Of a DNA stretch of 63,046 nt, positions 8,943 through 18,148 are shown piece after piece (the first letter of the stretch is position 1; each line of letters starts with the position of its first letter). The DNA comes from a virus (taxonomy: Duplodnaviria > Caudoviricetes): the IMG/VR virus record IMGVR_UViG_3300020171_000006, positions 1 to 63,046 of that record; one strand, given 5' to 3'. A model generated the notes under the pieces. That model ran no database searches. It had not been told where the DNA came from and saw only the letters and a list, made by a program, of their open reading frames with translations. The translations under genes were made by a program, and so were the position numbers.

Positions 8943-9298
8943 GTGAACTTGAACAAGCTCGTATTGAACAACTCACCAAGACCTGTGATTCGCTCGGTCG
9001 TAAGCTGAAGACTGCCACCGAAGACGATGCTAACCAGAGGCTAATCGTTGCCGCCGAGGCGTTTCGTAAAACATTGACAAGGCGGAATAAAACCATTGCC
9101 AAAGCAGAGCAGACTATCTTCCAACAACGTGAACACCTGGCGAAGATACAGAGCAATCGCAAGATGAGTAAGGCAGTCGCGGAGAGGGTAAAAAAGAAGA
9201 TTAATTGTGATATTACGATGGCAAAACATGATCGAGTAAGATGGGTTAGACTTGATGATGTATTCACAATCATCGACTCGCTGACAGCGGAGGAGTGA
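8939..9298 (+). CDS. Coiled-coil modular protein
   Basis: MSKAVAE...IIDSLT C-terminus. Confidence 0.7.
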   Translation: MSELEQARIEQLTKTCDSLGRKLKTATEDDANQRLIVAAEAFRKTLTRRNKTIAKAEQTIFQQREHLAKIQSNRKMSKAVAERVKKKINCDITMAKHDRVRWVRLDDVFTIIDSLTAEE

Positions 9299-9546
9299 TG
9301 AATAATCAGAATATACTTCAGCAAATTAAATCAGCAAAGAGTAAGTATCAATCTTTAAAACAAGGGAATGATCGAAATATCGGTACTTATGAATATTTAG
9401 AAAGTCAGTTGAAAGAGAAGGGTTTTACATTAGTACAAGCAGAAAAACATATTACAGAATTAAATGGTGAACTGGAAAAGTTAGATAGGAAAATGGAAAC
9501 AGAACTGGAAAAAGCAGAAATAATCATATCTAATCTCGGAGAATGA
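9295..9546 (+). CDS. Coiled-coil protein, possible piece of the split SbcC arm
   Basis: Heptad-rich, AT-rich like the backbone, lies upstream of the SbcC C-half. Confidence 0.65.
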   Translation: MMNNQNILQQIKSAKSKYQSLKQGNDRNIGTYEYLESQLKEKGFTLVQAEKHITELNGELEKLDRKMETELEKAEIIISNLGE

Positions 9547-9549
9547 GCA

Positions 9550-9756
9550 ATGGGAACCAGATACTTTATTGATGTTACCTGTCCAAAATGTGGCTATGTT
9601 GAATATGAAGTTTGGTATGCCCCCACCTGTGGGGTTACTAAATGGAAATGTCCTGAATGTAAGAAAGTGGTTGATCTTGAAAAATATACTGGGATCACAA
9701 AAGAAGAAGCTTCCAATGCAGATGTAATTAAACGGATATGCGAGGCGCATCAATGA
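9550..9756 (+). CDS. Zn-ribbon protein
   Basis: CPKC...CPEC. Confidence 0.7.
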   Translation: MGTRYFIDVTCPKCGYVEYEVWYAPTCGVTKWKCPECKKVVDLEKYTGITKEEASNADVIKRICEAHQ

Positions 9757-10079
9757 GCTATACTGTATGGATGATAATTGATACCGGTGGAAAAAAACCT
9801 ATTTCAATAGTAGATTCAATAAATTATACCAGTAATGTTTCCGGAATGTGGGAAAAAGCACTTGGATTTTCATTAAGAGAACTTAATGGTAAACTTGGTT
9901 TAGAATGCATTAAATCTCTTACAAAAGCGGTAAAACATATGAAGGAAAATCCATCTATTTATAAACCCATGAATCCTTCAAATCGTTGGGGATGCTATAC
10001 TAATGCAATGCAGTTTCTAAGAGATATTTTGAAATGGTGCCGCAATAATCCAAAAGCAACTTTAAAAATGTGGTATTAA
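9753..10079 (+). CDS. Phage hypothetical protein
   Basis: NYTSNVSGMW...NPSNRWG motif; ATGA coupling. Confidence 0.75.
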   Translation: MSYTVWMIIDTGGKKPISIVDSINYTSNVSGMWEKALGFSLRELNGKLGLECIKSLTKAVKHMKENPSIYKPMNPSNRWGCYTNAMQFLRDILKWCRNNPKATLKMWY

Positions 10080-10080
10080 A

Positions 10081-10692
10081 ATGAATATTTCTAAATTGAA
10101 TGAAGAGGTTTTTAGCATTAAGCGTGAAATTCAAGATGCTAAAACTGACCTTGAAAAGTATAAATTAGAAATAGAAAAGTTTGTAAAATTGAAATCTAAT
10201 TTTCAAGAAGCAATCAAAATTCTAACCATAGTATTAGGTACTACCCAGGAGGAGATAGTAACTTTTATAGAGGATATAGTAACATCAGCCCTTCAGCATG
10301 TTTACGGGGAGGATTATAAGTTTAGAATAGAGTTTGTAATGAAACGAAATCAAGCAGAAGTTATGCTAATCCCATATAAAGGAGATATGGTCTATGATTG
10401 TAAGCTAAGTTGTGGGGGAGGTATTCTTGATATAATTTCTTTTGCTCTTCGCATTGCCTGTCTTGCAATAGTAAGTCCACAACCGGATCAGGTAATAATT
10501 CTGGATGAACCGGCAAGAAATTTACATGGTGAAGTTTCCAATCAGCAATTTGGATCTCTGGTTCAGGAGATTTCACGGCGATATGGTTTACAAATCATTG
10601 TGGTTTCAGGAGAGAGCGTTCTTACTAATTATGCAGACAAGGCATTCAATGTTAAACTGGTAAATGAGGTATCCCAAATAGAGGAATTATAA
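10081..10692 (+). CDS. sbcC: SbcC/Rad50 C-terminal half (ABC signature + Walker B)
   Basis: LSCGGG signature, ILDEP Walker B, no Walker A. Confidence 0.82.
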   Translation: MNISKLNEEVFSIKREIQDAKTDLEKYKLEIEKFVKLKSNFQEAIKILTIVLGTTQEEIVTFIEDIVTSALQHVYGEDYKFRIEFVMKRNQAEVMLIPYKGDMVYDCKLSCGGGILDIISFALRIACLAIVSPQPDQVIILDEPARNLHGEVSNQQFGSLVQEISRRYGLQIIVVSGESVLTNYADKAFNVKLVNEVSQIEEL

Positions 10693-10886
10693 TGATAATA
10701 TTCTGGCGGGGATTAGCAATTTCACTCATTCTTTTTGTAACAATAGTAATGATTAATCTTGCCAATCAGATGTTAATTCTAATGTATATGGCACCTGATT
10801 CAATTCAACAGCAATTATGGATTGTGTTAGGAATATGTCTATTGGTTGGTTTTCTAATCAGTATAACCTGGAGAATACTAACTTGA
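10692..10886 (+). CDS. 2-TM membrane protein
   Basis: Two hydrophobic helices. Confidence 0.65.
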   Translation: MIIFWRGLAISLILFVTIVMINLANQMLILMYMAPDSIQQQLWIVLGICLLVGFLISITWRILT

Positions 10887-11185
10887 AATGGTTATCATTT
10901 ATTTCTCTACTTTTTATCATCTCATGTTCTAACCCATGTTCAAGTCAGATGGATGAAACCAGAAAAAAAATGGGAAGACCTGATGATATTACAAAGTATC
11001 ATACCGGTACTTACAATTCTGAGAGCTGGAATTACTGGTCGCAAGGACGTATAATTACATGGTCATGGGGTAGTTATATATCAGGATGTGAAAAGTCAAC
11101 GTTTTCATTCAGTGCTTTCAAACCAGCTTTGAAAGAACTAATTTCTATTGAGACATTTAATAAGGATTGTATGACTTGTCCATAA
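10883..11185 (+). CDS. Putative lipoprotein
   Basis: TTG start after GGAG; hydrophobic signal ending IISC; MGRPD...ESWNY. Confidence 0.6.
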   Translation: MKWLSFISLLFIISCSNPCSSQMDETRKKMGRPDDITKYHTGTYNSESWNYWSQGRIITWSWGSYISGCEKSTFSFSAFKPALKELISIETFNKDCMTCP

Positions 11186-11194
11186 GGAGGATAA

Positions 11195-11458
11195 ATGAAT
11201 AGTCAACATGCCAGGCGTGTAGCAGAACGTATTTACCCTGCTAATTCTAATACTGCTAAAACATTTGGAAATATAAATTCATTACGAGAAAAAGCAATTG
11301 CAAATGCTACCAGCATTATTACTGAAGAATATTCGCCAATAATTAAGGAGTTATTGGATGCTGGAAATTACTTTGCAAGTATTAGAGGCTATGCAAACTG
11401 CGACTGTGAAAATTGTAAAAAATGGCGTATCATTCTTACAAAATATATGAAAGGATGA
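11195..11458 (+). CDS. Hypothetical protein
   Basis: SD AAGGAGG; CDCENC. Confidence 0.7.
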   Translation: MNSQHARRVAERIYPANSNTAKTFGNINSLREKAIANATSIITEEYSPIIKELLDAGNYFASIRGYANCDCENCKKWRIILTKYMKG

Positions 11459-12015
11459 ATATGAACAAAGTGCTGGTATTTGGGTTAACTATCCTGATAC
11501 TCCTGCACTTTCACCAATTGCAAATACAACCGGCAGAATGGCATTTCAATTATGCTTTCATAACAGAAAAAGAACCACCTAAACTAATTAATAAAATTCA
11601 GAATTATATACAGAATAAAGGAATAGAAAAACAGATAGCGCAGGACATAGCAATAATAATCTTTGAAACGGAATATGATTATGAGATACAGGCATCACTT
11701 ATTATGGCAATTATTGAGACAGAATCCGGTTGGAATTCACTTGCAGTTTCGCATGTTGGTGCAAAGGGATTAATGCAGGTTTATCTAAGGGTCTGGTTAA
11801 GATATTTATTGGCTCATGAATTGATTGCAAATGAAAATGATATATTTGATGAAATTACTAATATTCAGATCGGAATACATATATTACAACTTAATCTGGA
11901 GGAACATGATTATAATATTAGAAGAGCTTTATATGGGTATTATGGGGCATCGCAGGCATGGTATTATAATCGTGTAATGAGTAATCAGGTAAAAATTAAA
12001 AGGGAATTAAAATAA
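11455..12015 (+). CDS. Lytic transglycosylase (SLT domain) with N-terminal anchor
   Basis: AIIETESGWN...GAKGLMQV...ALYGYYG. Confidence 0.88.
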   Translation: MNMNKVLVFGLTILILLHFHQLQIQPAEWHFNYAFITEKEPPKLINKIQNYIQNKGIEKQIAQDIAIIIFETEYDYEIQASLIMAIIETESGWNSLAVSHVGAKGLMQVYLRVWLRYLLAHELIANENDIFDEITNIQIGIHILQLNLEEHDYNIRRALYGYYGASQAWYYNRVMSNQVKIKRELK

Positions 12016-12016
12016 A

Positions 12017-12259
12017 ATGAACATTAAAATTGGTCCGGTTCATCTTGATAAATTAAATATTTTGAAATCTGAAGTTATTAATTGCGACATCCATGCTCAT
12101 ATTGAAGCACAAGTTGAGGACAATTCTTATAAACTTAGTGGAGGAGGCGGAGGAGGAGGCGGGTTAACAACAAGTTATGGGGTATGGAAAGGTATTCTTA
12201 CTTTAACTGAACATGAAGTCCATATTCTTCACAATTCAATCCACCGTGAAAAATGTTAA
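12017..12259 (+). CDS. Hypothetical protein with poly-Gly tract
   Basis: 80 aa ORF; GGA/GGC run. Confidence 0.55.
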   Translation: MNIKIGPVHLDKLNILKSEVINCDIHAHIEAQVEDNSYKLSGGGGGGGGLTTSYGVWKGILTLTEHEVHILHNSIHREKC

Positions 12260-13809
12260 ATAAAGATTACAAAAAATTAACAGACGAAGAATTAGAAAAA
12301 ATATTACCAGATTCTAATTTTCATACCAAGTTATTTAGACATCAAAAAGTCTCAATTGCTTTTACATTAGGGGAGAAGCATAATAGAATAATGTTTATAC
12401 AAGGCATTGGCACGGGGAAGTCTTGTCTTGCTTTACATTTATTACAATGCTGGAACCCACAAGGGAAAACTCTTATTGTCTGCCCAAACTCAGTTATTAA
12501 AACATGGAAGGAAGAAATAGCCAAACATACTAATTTCAAGTTTACAGTATTAAATGGTTCAAAACAGGAACGAATAGATAAAATTATAAATGGTGATAAC
12601 AGATTATATCTTATAAATTATGAGGGATTGAAAGTAATAGGAGCAGAAAAATCAGGTAAGAAATATGTTATAAATAAAAATAAACTGAAAGAATATGGGT
12701 TTGAAGCGGTAATTATTGATGAAGTACATCATTGTAAATCCTGGTCGCTTCAGATGAAAATAACTGCTCAATTAACTAAACGTTCCAGATATGTAATAGC
12801 TATGACCGGAACCCCTATATCAAAATCTGCTATTGATCTATATGGTGAGTTCTTTGTATTAGATAATGGGGCAACATTCGGAACTGAATTTTATTGGGGG
12901 TTTCTTAGAAAATATTTTTATAAACCACCTTTTCGATATGAATATGAACCAAAGAAGATTTGTCATATTTGTGGTGAACTTTATGCTTACAAGAAAGATC
13001 ACTTACTCAAACATTCCATCAGTCCAGCAGAATACAGAAGTAAATATGGTAAGGATGAAACCTCGGAAAGCATCATTCTAAAACTTGCTTCCAAGAAATC
13101 TATTACCTATTCAAGAGAAGAATGTATAGATTTGCCTGAGCGTATGTATGAAGTACGAGAGGTAGACCCATCAGACGAGCAATTAGATATGGTTGTAAGC
13201 CTCTTCTCTGATGTTTCTAACGATGATCTCACCCTGGAAGGTATAAAGCTATGTACCCACAAATTACTGCAGATTTCAAGCGGTTTTCTACTCGTTAAGA
13301 ATGGTGCTATAAAAAGATTAAAGAGTAATCCTAAACTGGCTGAACTGAAAGAAATCATTTCTCAGGTATCAGGAAAAGCAATAATCTATCATTCATATAT
13401 TTATGAATCAAAAATGATTTCGGAACTGCTCAAATTCATGGGTGAAAAATATGCTATTTTGAATGGGCAGATAACAGATAAGGAAACCCCAATAAATAAA
13501 TTTCTTAATAATGATGATATAAGGTTTCTTGTTGCTCATCCAAAGACAGGAGGAGAAGGATTAAATCTGCAAATTTGTAATATTATTATCTATTTCAATT
13601 CCGGTATGATGGGGGTAACGCTCAGAGACCAATCGGAAGGAAGGATATATCGTTCCGGTCAAAAAAATGCTTGTTTATATTTTGATATTATTCTTTCGGG
13701 AACAGTAGATAAAGTTCTTTTTAATAGTCTAAAAAATCGTACTGATTACGTTCAGGATTTAATGACTTATTTCAAAGGTAAAAAGAATGAATGTTCTCAA
13801 AGTTCTTGA
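12253..13809 (+). CDS. SNF2-family (SF2) helicase with inserted Zn finger
   Basis: GTGKS, DEVH, TGTP, GGEGLNL, QSEGRIYRSGQ. Confidence 0.92.
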   Translation: MLNKDYKKLTDEELEKILPDSNFHTKLFRHQKVSIAFTLGEKHNRIMFIQGIGTGKSCLALHLLQCWNPQGKTLIVCPNSVIKTWKEEIAKHTNFKFTVLNGSKQERIDKIINGDNRLYLINYEGLKVIGAEKSGKKYVINKNKLKEYGFEAVIIDEVHHCKSWSLQMKITAQLTKRSRYVIAMTGTPISKSAIDLYGEFFVLDNGATFGTEFYWGFLRKYFYKPPFRYEYEPKKICHICGELYAYKKDHLLKHSISPAEYRSKYGKDETSESIILKLASKKSITYSREECIDLPERMYEVREVDPSDEQLDMVVSLFSDVSNDDLTLEGIKLCTHKLLQISSGFLLVKNGAIKRLKSNPKLAELKEIISQVSGKAIIYHSYIYESKMISELLKFMGEKYAILNGQITDKETPINKFLNNDDIRFLVAHPKTGGEGLNLQICNIIIYFNSGMMGVTLRDQSEGRIYRSGQKNACLYFDIILSGTVDKVLFNSLKNRTDYVQDLMTYFKGKKNECSQSS

Positions 13810-14755
13810 CCATTTTGCAATTAGTTATATATCAGACCATCCAAAAGTTTGTCAAGGAGCAGTTGGTATATGCTGTCCCCTTTGTGGAGAGACTAATTTC
13901 AAGCGTGGCATCTTTCTCGATAATGGTATAAGTTCCTGCTGGAAATGTGGGAACTCCATGACACTTTATAGACTGCTTCATACCTTGAAAGGAATTTCCT
14001 ATGATGAATTCTGTGAAGTAGCAAATATTCCAAAGTATACGGAATCGGTTAAGAGTGATCTTAATACTATTTTTGCAAAGAATAAACCTGTTAAAAAGGA
14101 GAAAAAGATATTTTCTTTTTATAACTACATGAAATATTTTAAAAAGGATTACACTTCCCCTATAATAAATAATTTTCTAAAGGAACGAAATTTTAGTCTG
14201 GATTTTTTGTTTAGGTATGATTGTTACTATGCAATAGCAGGTGATTATCAACAGCGTTTAATAATTCCAATATATAGAGGAATGGATGAAGTAGTTTCCT
14301 TTGCCGCTTATGACTTTACTCATACCAGTAAGTCAAAATATCTTTTTCCCAAGGATTCTAACATTCATGATTATCTTTATAGTGCCGGACGACCTGCCTA
14401 TGATAATGATACTATAGTTCTTGTTGAGGGAGTATTTGATGCATGGGCAGTTGGATTATATAAACCTGCTTATGCTCTATTTGGAAAAACAATTCATCAA
14501 GCACAGGTAAACTTTCTAATCAATACCACTAAACTTACCAATAGAATTCTAATTCTGCTTGATGGTGATGCCACATTACAAGATTCATATAAAATTAAAT
14601 GCCAGCTTGCCTCATATTTCAAAACAATTGATACATATAGATTACCTGAAAAACATGACCCTTGTAGTTATCCGAGGAAACTTCTCAAACAATTATTAGA
14701 AGGAGAAGCAAATGTCAGCGGAAGAATTGGGTATTCTGAGGAAAGCAGCAAGTGA
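13787..14755 (+). CDS. dnaG: DNA primase (Zn finger + TOPRIM)
   Basis: CPLC...CWKC; VEGVFDA; LDGD. Confidence 0.85.
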   Translation: MNVLKVLDHFAISYISDHPKVCQGAVGICCPLCGETNFKRGIFLDNGISSCWKCGNSMTLYRLLHTLKGISYDEFCEVANIPKYTESVKSDLNTIFAKNKPVKKEKKIFSFYNYMKYFKKDYTSPIINNFLKERNFSLDFLFRYDCYYAIAGDYQQRLIIPIYRGMDEVVSFAAYDFTHTSKSKYLFPKDSNIHDYLYSAGRPAYDNDTIVLVEGVFDAWAVGLYKPAYALFGKTIHQAQVNFLINTTKLTNRILILLDGDATLQDSYKIKCQLASYFKTIDTYRLPEKHDPCSYPRKLLKQLLEGEANVSGRIGYSEESSK

Positions 14756-15209
14756 TTTTATTTTAAAACATTATATTCAAATTTGGGAAGTAGAAGATTT
14801 AATAAATGAGGGCTATCTTATGTTAAGTAAAATAAGAGGAAAATATAAAGAGAATTTATATACTAAATATACAACTTTTCTTTATAGTCAACTTACATAT
14901 CATTTTCTAAATATAACAAGAAAGGATCGGTCGGGAGTGGTTATAACTATGGAAGATTTTAATGAATATATTGATACTGTAGAATCACAAGGAATAATGA
15001 GTTATCCACCCGCTATTTTGAAAGAAGTATCAGAAGAAGCAAGAGCACTTTTTGATGCTGCCGCAAATATGCCACAAGGATTATTTGATTATCTTAATTC
15101 AATGGTTGTAGGAAATCTATCATATAATAGATGTATTTGCAAATATGTTGGAATTCCACAGTACAGATTCAAGCAATATAAGAATGAAATTAAGGAAAAT
15201 ATATTATAG
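14712..15209 (+). CDS. Sigma-factor-like protein
   Basis: EDLINEGYL...KYTTFLY region-2-like pattern. Confidence 0.6.
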   Translation: MSAEELGILRKAASDFILKHYIQIWEVEDLINEGYLMLSKIRGKYKENLYTKYTTFLYSQLTYHFLNITRKDRSGVVITMEDFNEYIDTVESQGIMSYPPAILKEVSEEARALFDAAANMPQGLFDYLNSMVVGNLSYNRCICKYVGIPQYRFKQYKNEIKENIL

Positions 15210-15383
15210 TTTTCCTTCATTTCCACGCCAGTTACCTAAACCATAACCAAGAAGTAATGTTCCAAAACCAATAGTGGCATCTGACATCGGTTCGGTAATT
15301 TTATTCATTTTCATAGCGATCCCACTGACAACAATTATGCTTCCTATAATTGTTCGCCAGTGGGGTCTTTTTTTATCCACCAT
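15204..15383 (-). CDS. Holin-like 2-TM protein (59 aa, not in ORF track)
   Basis: MVDKKRPHWRTIIGSIIVVSGIAM...GFGTLLLGYGLG; last gene of the lysis cassette. Confidence 0.55.
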   Translation of the reverse strand: MVDKKRPHWRTIIGSIIVVSGIAMKMNKITEPMSDATIGFGTLLLGYGLGNWRGNEGKL

Positions 15384-15588
15384 TTAATTTATCCTCTAAA
15401 CGACCAAATCTTCTTTCCACTTCTTTATGCTTTTCATTACAAAGATTTGCCCACTGTTTATTTTCTTTTAACTCATTTATAGAATCTCTCAAACCATTGA
15501 TTTGAATTTTAACAATGTATAAACCAATACCAACAATAACCCCACTTGGGCCACCATTCATTAAAATTCTAATAATTATATCTTCCAT
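15373..15588 (-). CDS. Holin-like 1-TM protein
   Basis: N-terminal TM + coiled coil, next to the endolysin. Confidence 0.55.
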   Translation of the reverse strand: MEDIIIRILMNGGPSGVIVGIGLYIVKIQINGLRDSINELKENKQWANLCNEKHKEVERRFGRLEDKLNGG

Positions 15589-15596
15589 AATTTCTC

Positions 15597-16124
15597 CTAA
15601 CTTTTTATAACCTCTAACATTTCTTCCATACGTCTATATGCGTTATCCTTATCTCTCCACCACAATGCTTTTGGAAATTTAATATCTCTGCTGTCAACAT
15701 GAATTCCAGGAGTATTCCAGCATGGGTAAACTCCTATACCAGTAAAGTCAAATCTCAGGGCAATATGAAACTGATACAACCAATGGAAATCCCCTAATAC
15801 CTTTTTATAAAGTACAAAGTCAACAGCCTTTCCCTTTCCATGCTGTCCAGTATCATCATCTCTATAATCGCTATTAATTTTATGTTGCAATCCCATAGAT
15901 GAACAGAATTTAAGCATGTGTTCAAGCATGTCTATAATAACCAGTTCCATCTTCTCAAAATTATTGAACTGATCTATACGTAAAGTTGGCCATCTGTAAA
16001 TCCATTGTTCAAGCGGAATATCACCCACATAAACAGGAATAGGAGGTTTCTCAGGAATGATTTCAGGTTCTTTTGGCATTGGTTTCTTTCTGATTATAAA
16101 TATTCTTTTAAATATATTAAACAA
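15597..16124 (-). CDS. Endolysin, peptidase M15 family
   Basis: SDYR...QHGKGKAVD...GIGVY...IHVD. Confidence 0.82.
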   Translation of the reverse strand: MFNIFKRIFIIRKKPMPKEPEIIPEKPPIPVYVGDIPLEQWIYRWPTLRIDQFNNFEKMELVIIDMLEHMLKFCSSMGLQHKINSDYRDDDTGQHGKGKAVDFVLYKKVLGDFHWLYQFHIALRFDFTGIGVYPCWNTPGIHVDSRDIKFPKALWWRDKDNAYRRMEEMLEVIKS

Positions 16125-17123
16125 TTATAATCTCCACGATATACAAATGTAACCGGAACCACCGCTGCCACCCGAAAAGCCACCGGCAGAATTTGATGCT
16201 GCTCCTGAACCACCGCCCCCAGAGTTTGCGGCCGCAGTAATCCCATCCCCAGAATACGCTCTACCTGCTGCACCAGCACCATAGCTTCCACCGCCACTAC
16301 CACTATCGCCAGCCGCGCCCCCCGGGCCTACACAATCTCCCCCAGCAGTACTGGCGCCGCTACTGCCTCCGCCGCCACCAATACGTACAAAGCATGCAGA
16401 ACCACCGAACGAAGTTCCGCGAGCACCAGCTGCCCCACCAGTAACTCCTGTTTGACCACCCGTTCCCCCTGTATGTACGGAACCCTTTGAGCCTAATTTA
16501 CCACCATAAGCAGTGAATAATGCGGCAAATGTAGTTGATACCCCATCCACACCATTATTATCTGCGGCACCGCCCCCACTTCCACCAGTTCCCACAGAAT
16601 ACGCTAACGATGCTGCTGGAACAACTTTATAATCTTTGATAGCAACAACCTCTCCACCTCCACCACCACCACCATATTGAGAGGCGGCATTTGTACACCC
16701 TCCGGCTCCACCACCAGCTCCCACAATCAGCACATCACAAACATATACCCCTGCTGGAACCGTCCAGTTGCCCGACCCGGTTGTGTATTTCTGGATAGTA
16801 AGAGCACCAGCTAATCCTGATGTAAGTTTTCCTTGAATAACAATAACATCACTTCTAATTTTATCAACGTCTACATCCATACCTATTAAATCAGAACGTA
16901 TATCTTTCAATGAACTTGCAGCACTAATAAGGTCACTTGCCGCATTATGAATTAGAACTAAATCACTTCTAATATCTTTCAATGAACTTGCGGCGCTTAT
17001 AATATCCGATGCAGCATTATGAATTAATACCAAATCTGAGGCAATATTATTCAAATTAGAATCTATTGTTACAAGATCTGATTTACATCTCCTTGCCTCA
17101 TTATAAGCCAAAATAGAACTCAT
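16125..17123 (-). CDS. Tail fibre-like protein: SD-repeat coiled coil + Gly-rich domain
   Basis: SDLVLIHNAASD repeats; GNWTVPAGV..VGAGGGAGG glycine-rich domain. Confidence 0.72.
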   Translation of the reverse strand: MSSILAYNEARRCKSDLVTIDSNLNNIASDLVLIHNAASDIISAASSLKDIRSDLVLIHNAASDLISAASSLKDIRSDLIGMDVDVDKIRSDVIVIQGKLTSGLAGALTIQKYTTGSGNWTVPAGVYVCDVLIVGAGGGAGGCTNAASQYGGGGGGGEVVAIKDYKVVPAASLAYSVGTGGSGGGAADNNGVDGVSTTFAALFTAYGGKLGSKGSVHTGGTGGQTGVTGGAAGARGTSFGGSACFVRIGGGGGSSGASTAGGDCVGPGGAAGDSGSGGGSYGAGAAGRAYSGDGITAAANSGGGGSGAASNSAGGFSGGSGGSGYICISWRL

Positions 17124-17473
17124 GTTATTGCCCTCCCGATAGCGGTTACTTTTCCGCTGGTATAAGTGTATGTTTCCGTAACAGTTATATTAAGTTCCCC
17201 GGCACTAAACACCCATGCTATTGATGTTAACTGTTCCCCTGTATATGAGCAAGTTCCCACTAATGTAATGTCATATCCGGCATCCCCAGCAGGAGAATTA
17301 TCAGTGAGGGTCATTGTATTTATCTTATCCCCTGTATAAGCAATAACATAATCAGAATCATGTGTAGGGATACCCTCTGCTGCTGCTTTCAATTCCGCCA
17401 TCATACTATTATGATGTACTGCTGCAACAGTTGTTACATTTGCAGTTACTACCGCTGTTTTTGTATATGCCAT
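17120..17473 (-). CDS. Tail-associated protein
   Basis: Thr-rich; position in the tail operon. Confidence 0.6.
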   Translation of the reverse strand: MAYTKTAVVTANVTTVAAVHHNSMMAELKAAAEGIPTHDSDYVIAYTGDKINTMTLTDNSPAGDAGYDITLVGTCSYTGEQLTSIAWVFSAGELNITVTETYTYTSGKVTAIGRAIT

Positions 17474-17484
17474 TTATAAACCTC

Positions 17485-17961
17485 TTATGCCAATGTTACT
17501 ATGCAATTTACTGTCATGGTTTCAGAAGTTGTTTTAACTTCTGATATAGCTGCATAATTGATTAATGTTCCAGAATCAGGAGTAGCGGAAGCAGTACCTC
17601 CAAATAAACCAAATCCTGTTAATGTGCCAATAGCGTCTGCTGCTCCAAAAAATGAAGTTGTAGAAACTATTCCACCACTGGAACTTATTGCTGCTAATGT
17701 TACTCTATCAAGTTCTGTTACTAATATAGTTGCTACCGCAGGATTAGCGGGGAATGCTCCTGTACATACCGCTCCATAAGTAATATAAGTAGTCATCCAA
17801 TTAGCAGTTGCAGCTTTACCAGTAGCAGTAATAGTATTCTTATAATAACTATATCGCTTTTTTCCTGTATAAATATTTTGAAATATTATCTTAATATTGC
17901 AATCAGTAATATTCTGCTTTTCATTTATTTTAATAGTTTTACCCATATGTGCACCTATCAT
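17485..17961 (-). CDS. Tail tip/fibre-base protein
   Basis: KNTITATGK...GFGLFGG pattern. Confidence 0.6.
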   Translation of the reverse strand: MIGAHMGKTIKINEKQNITDCNIKIIFQNIYTGKKRYSYYKNTITATGKAATANWMTTYITYGAVCTGAFPANPAVATILVTELDRVTLAAISSSGGIVSTTSFFGAADAIGTLTGFGLFGGTASATPDSGTLINYAAISEVKTTSETMTVNCIVTLA

Positions 17962-18148
17962 AAATTGCTATTACTTCATCGTATTTAACCGGATGTGCAG
18001 CTTTTATTACAGTAACAGAATCAGTAAGAGTAATAGTTTCCTTTATAATTTTTATAATATAGATAAGTTCATCCTCTCGATATTCAACAATATTCATCTG
18101 CTGTTTTGCAAGACTCATTACTAAATCAATAATATCATCAGTCGCCAT
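17939..18148 (-). CDS. Small tail protein
   Basis: MATDD start, overlaps neighbours. Confidence 0.55.
   Translation of the reverse strand: MATDDIIDLVMSLAKQQMNIVEYREDELIYIIKIIKETITLTDSVTVIKAAHPVKYDEVIAIYDRCTYG

Noticed and set aside
1250-9753. Numerous antisense and alternative-frame ORFs in the track
   Set aside because: They shadow coupled, SD-bearing plus-strand genes and lack recognisable motifs
12139-12163. GGA/GGC run as a phase-variable repeat
   Set aside because: It is an in-frame triplet poly-Gly tract, so slippage would not switch expression
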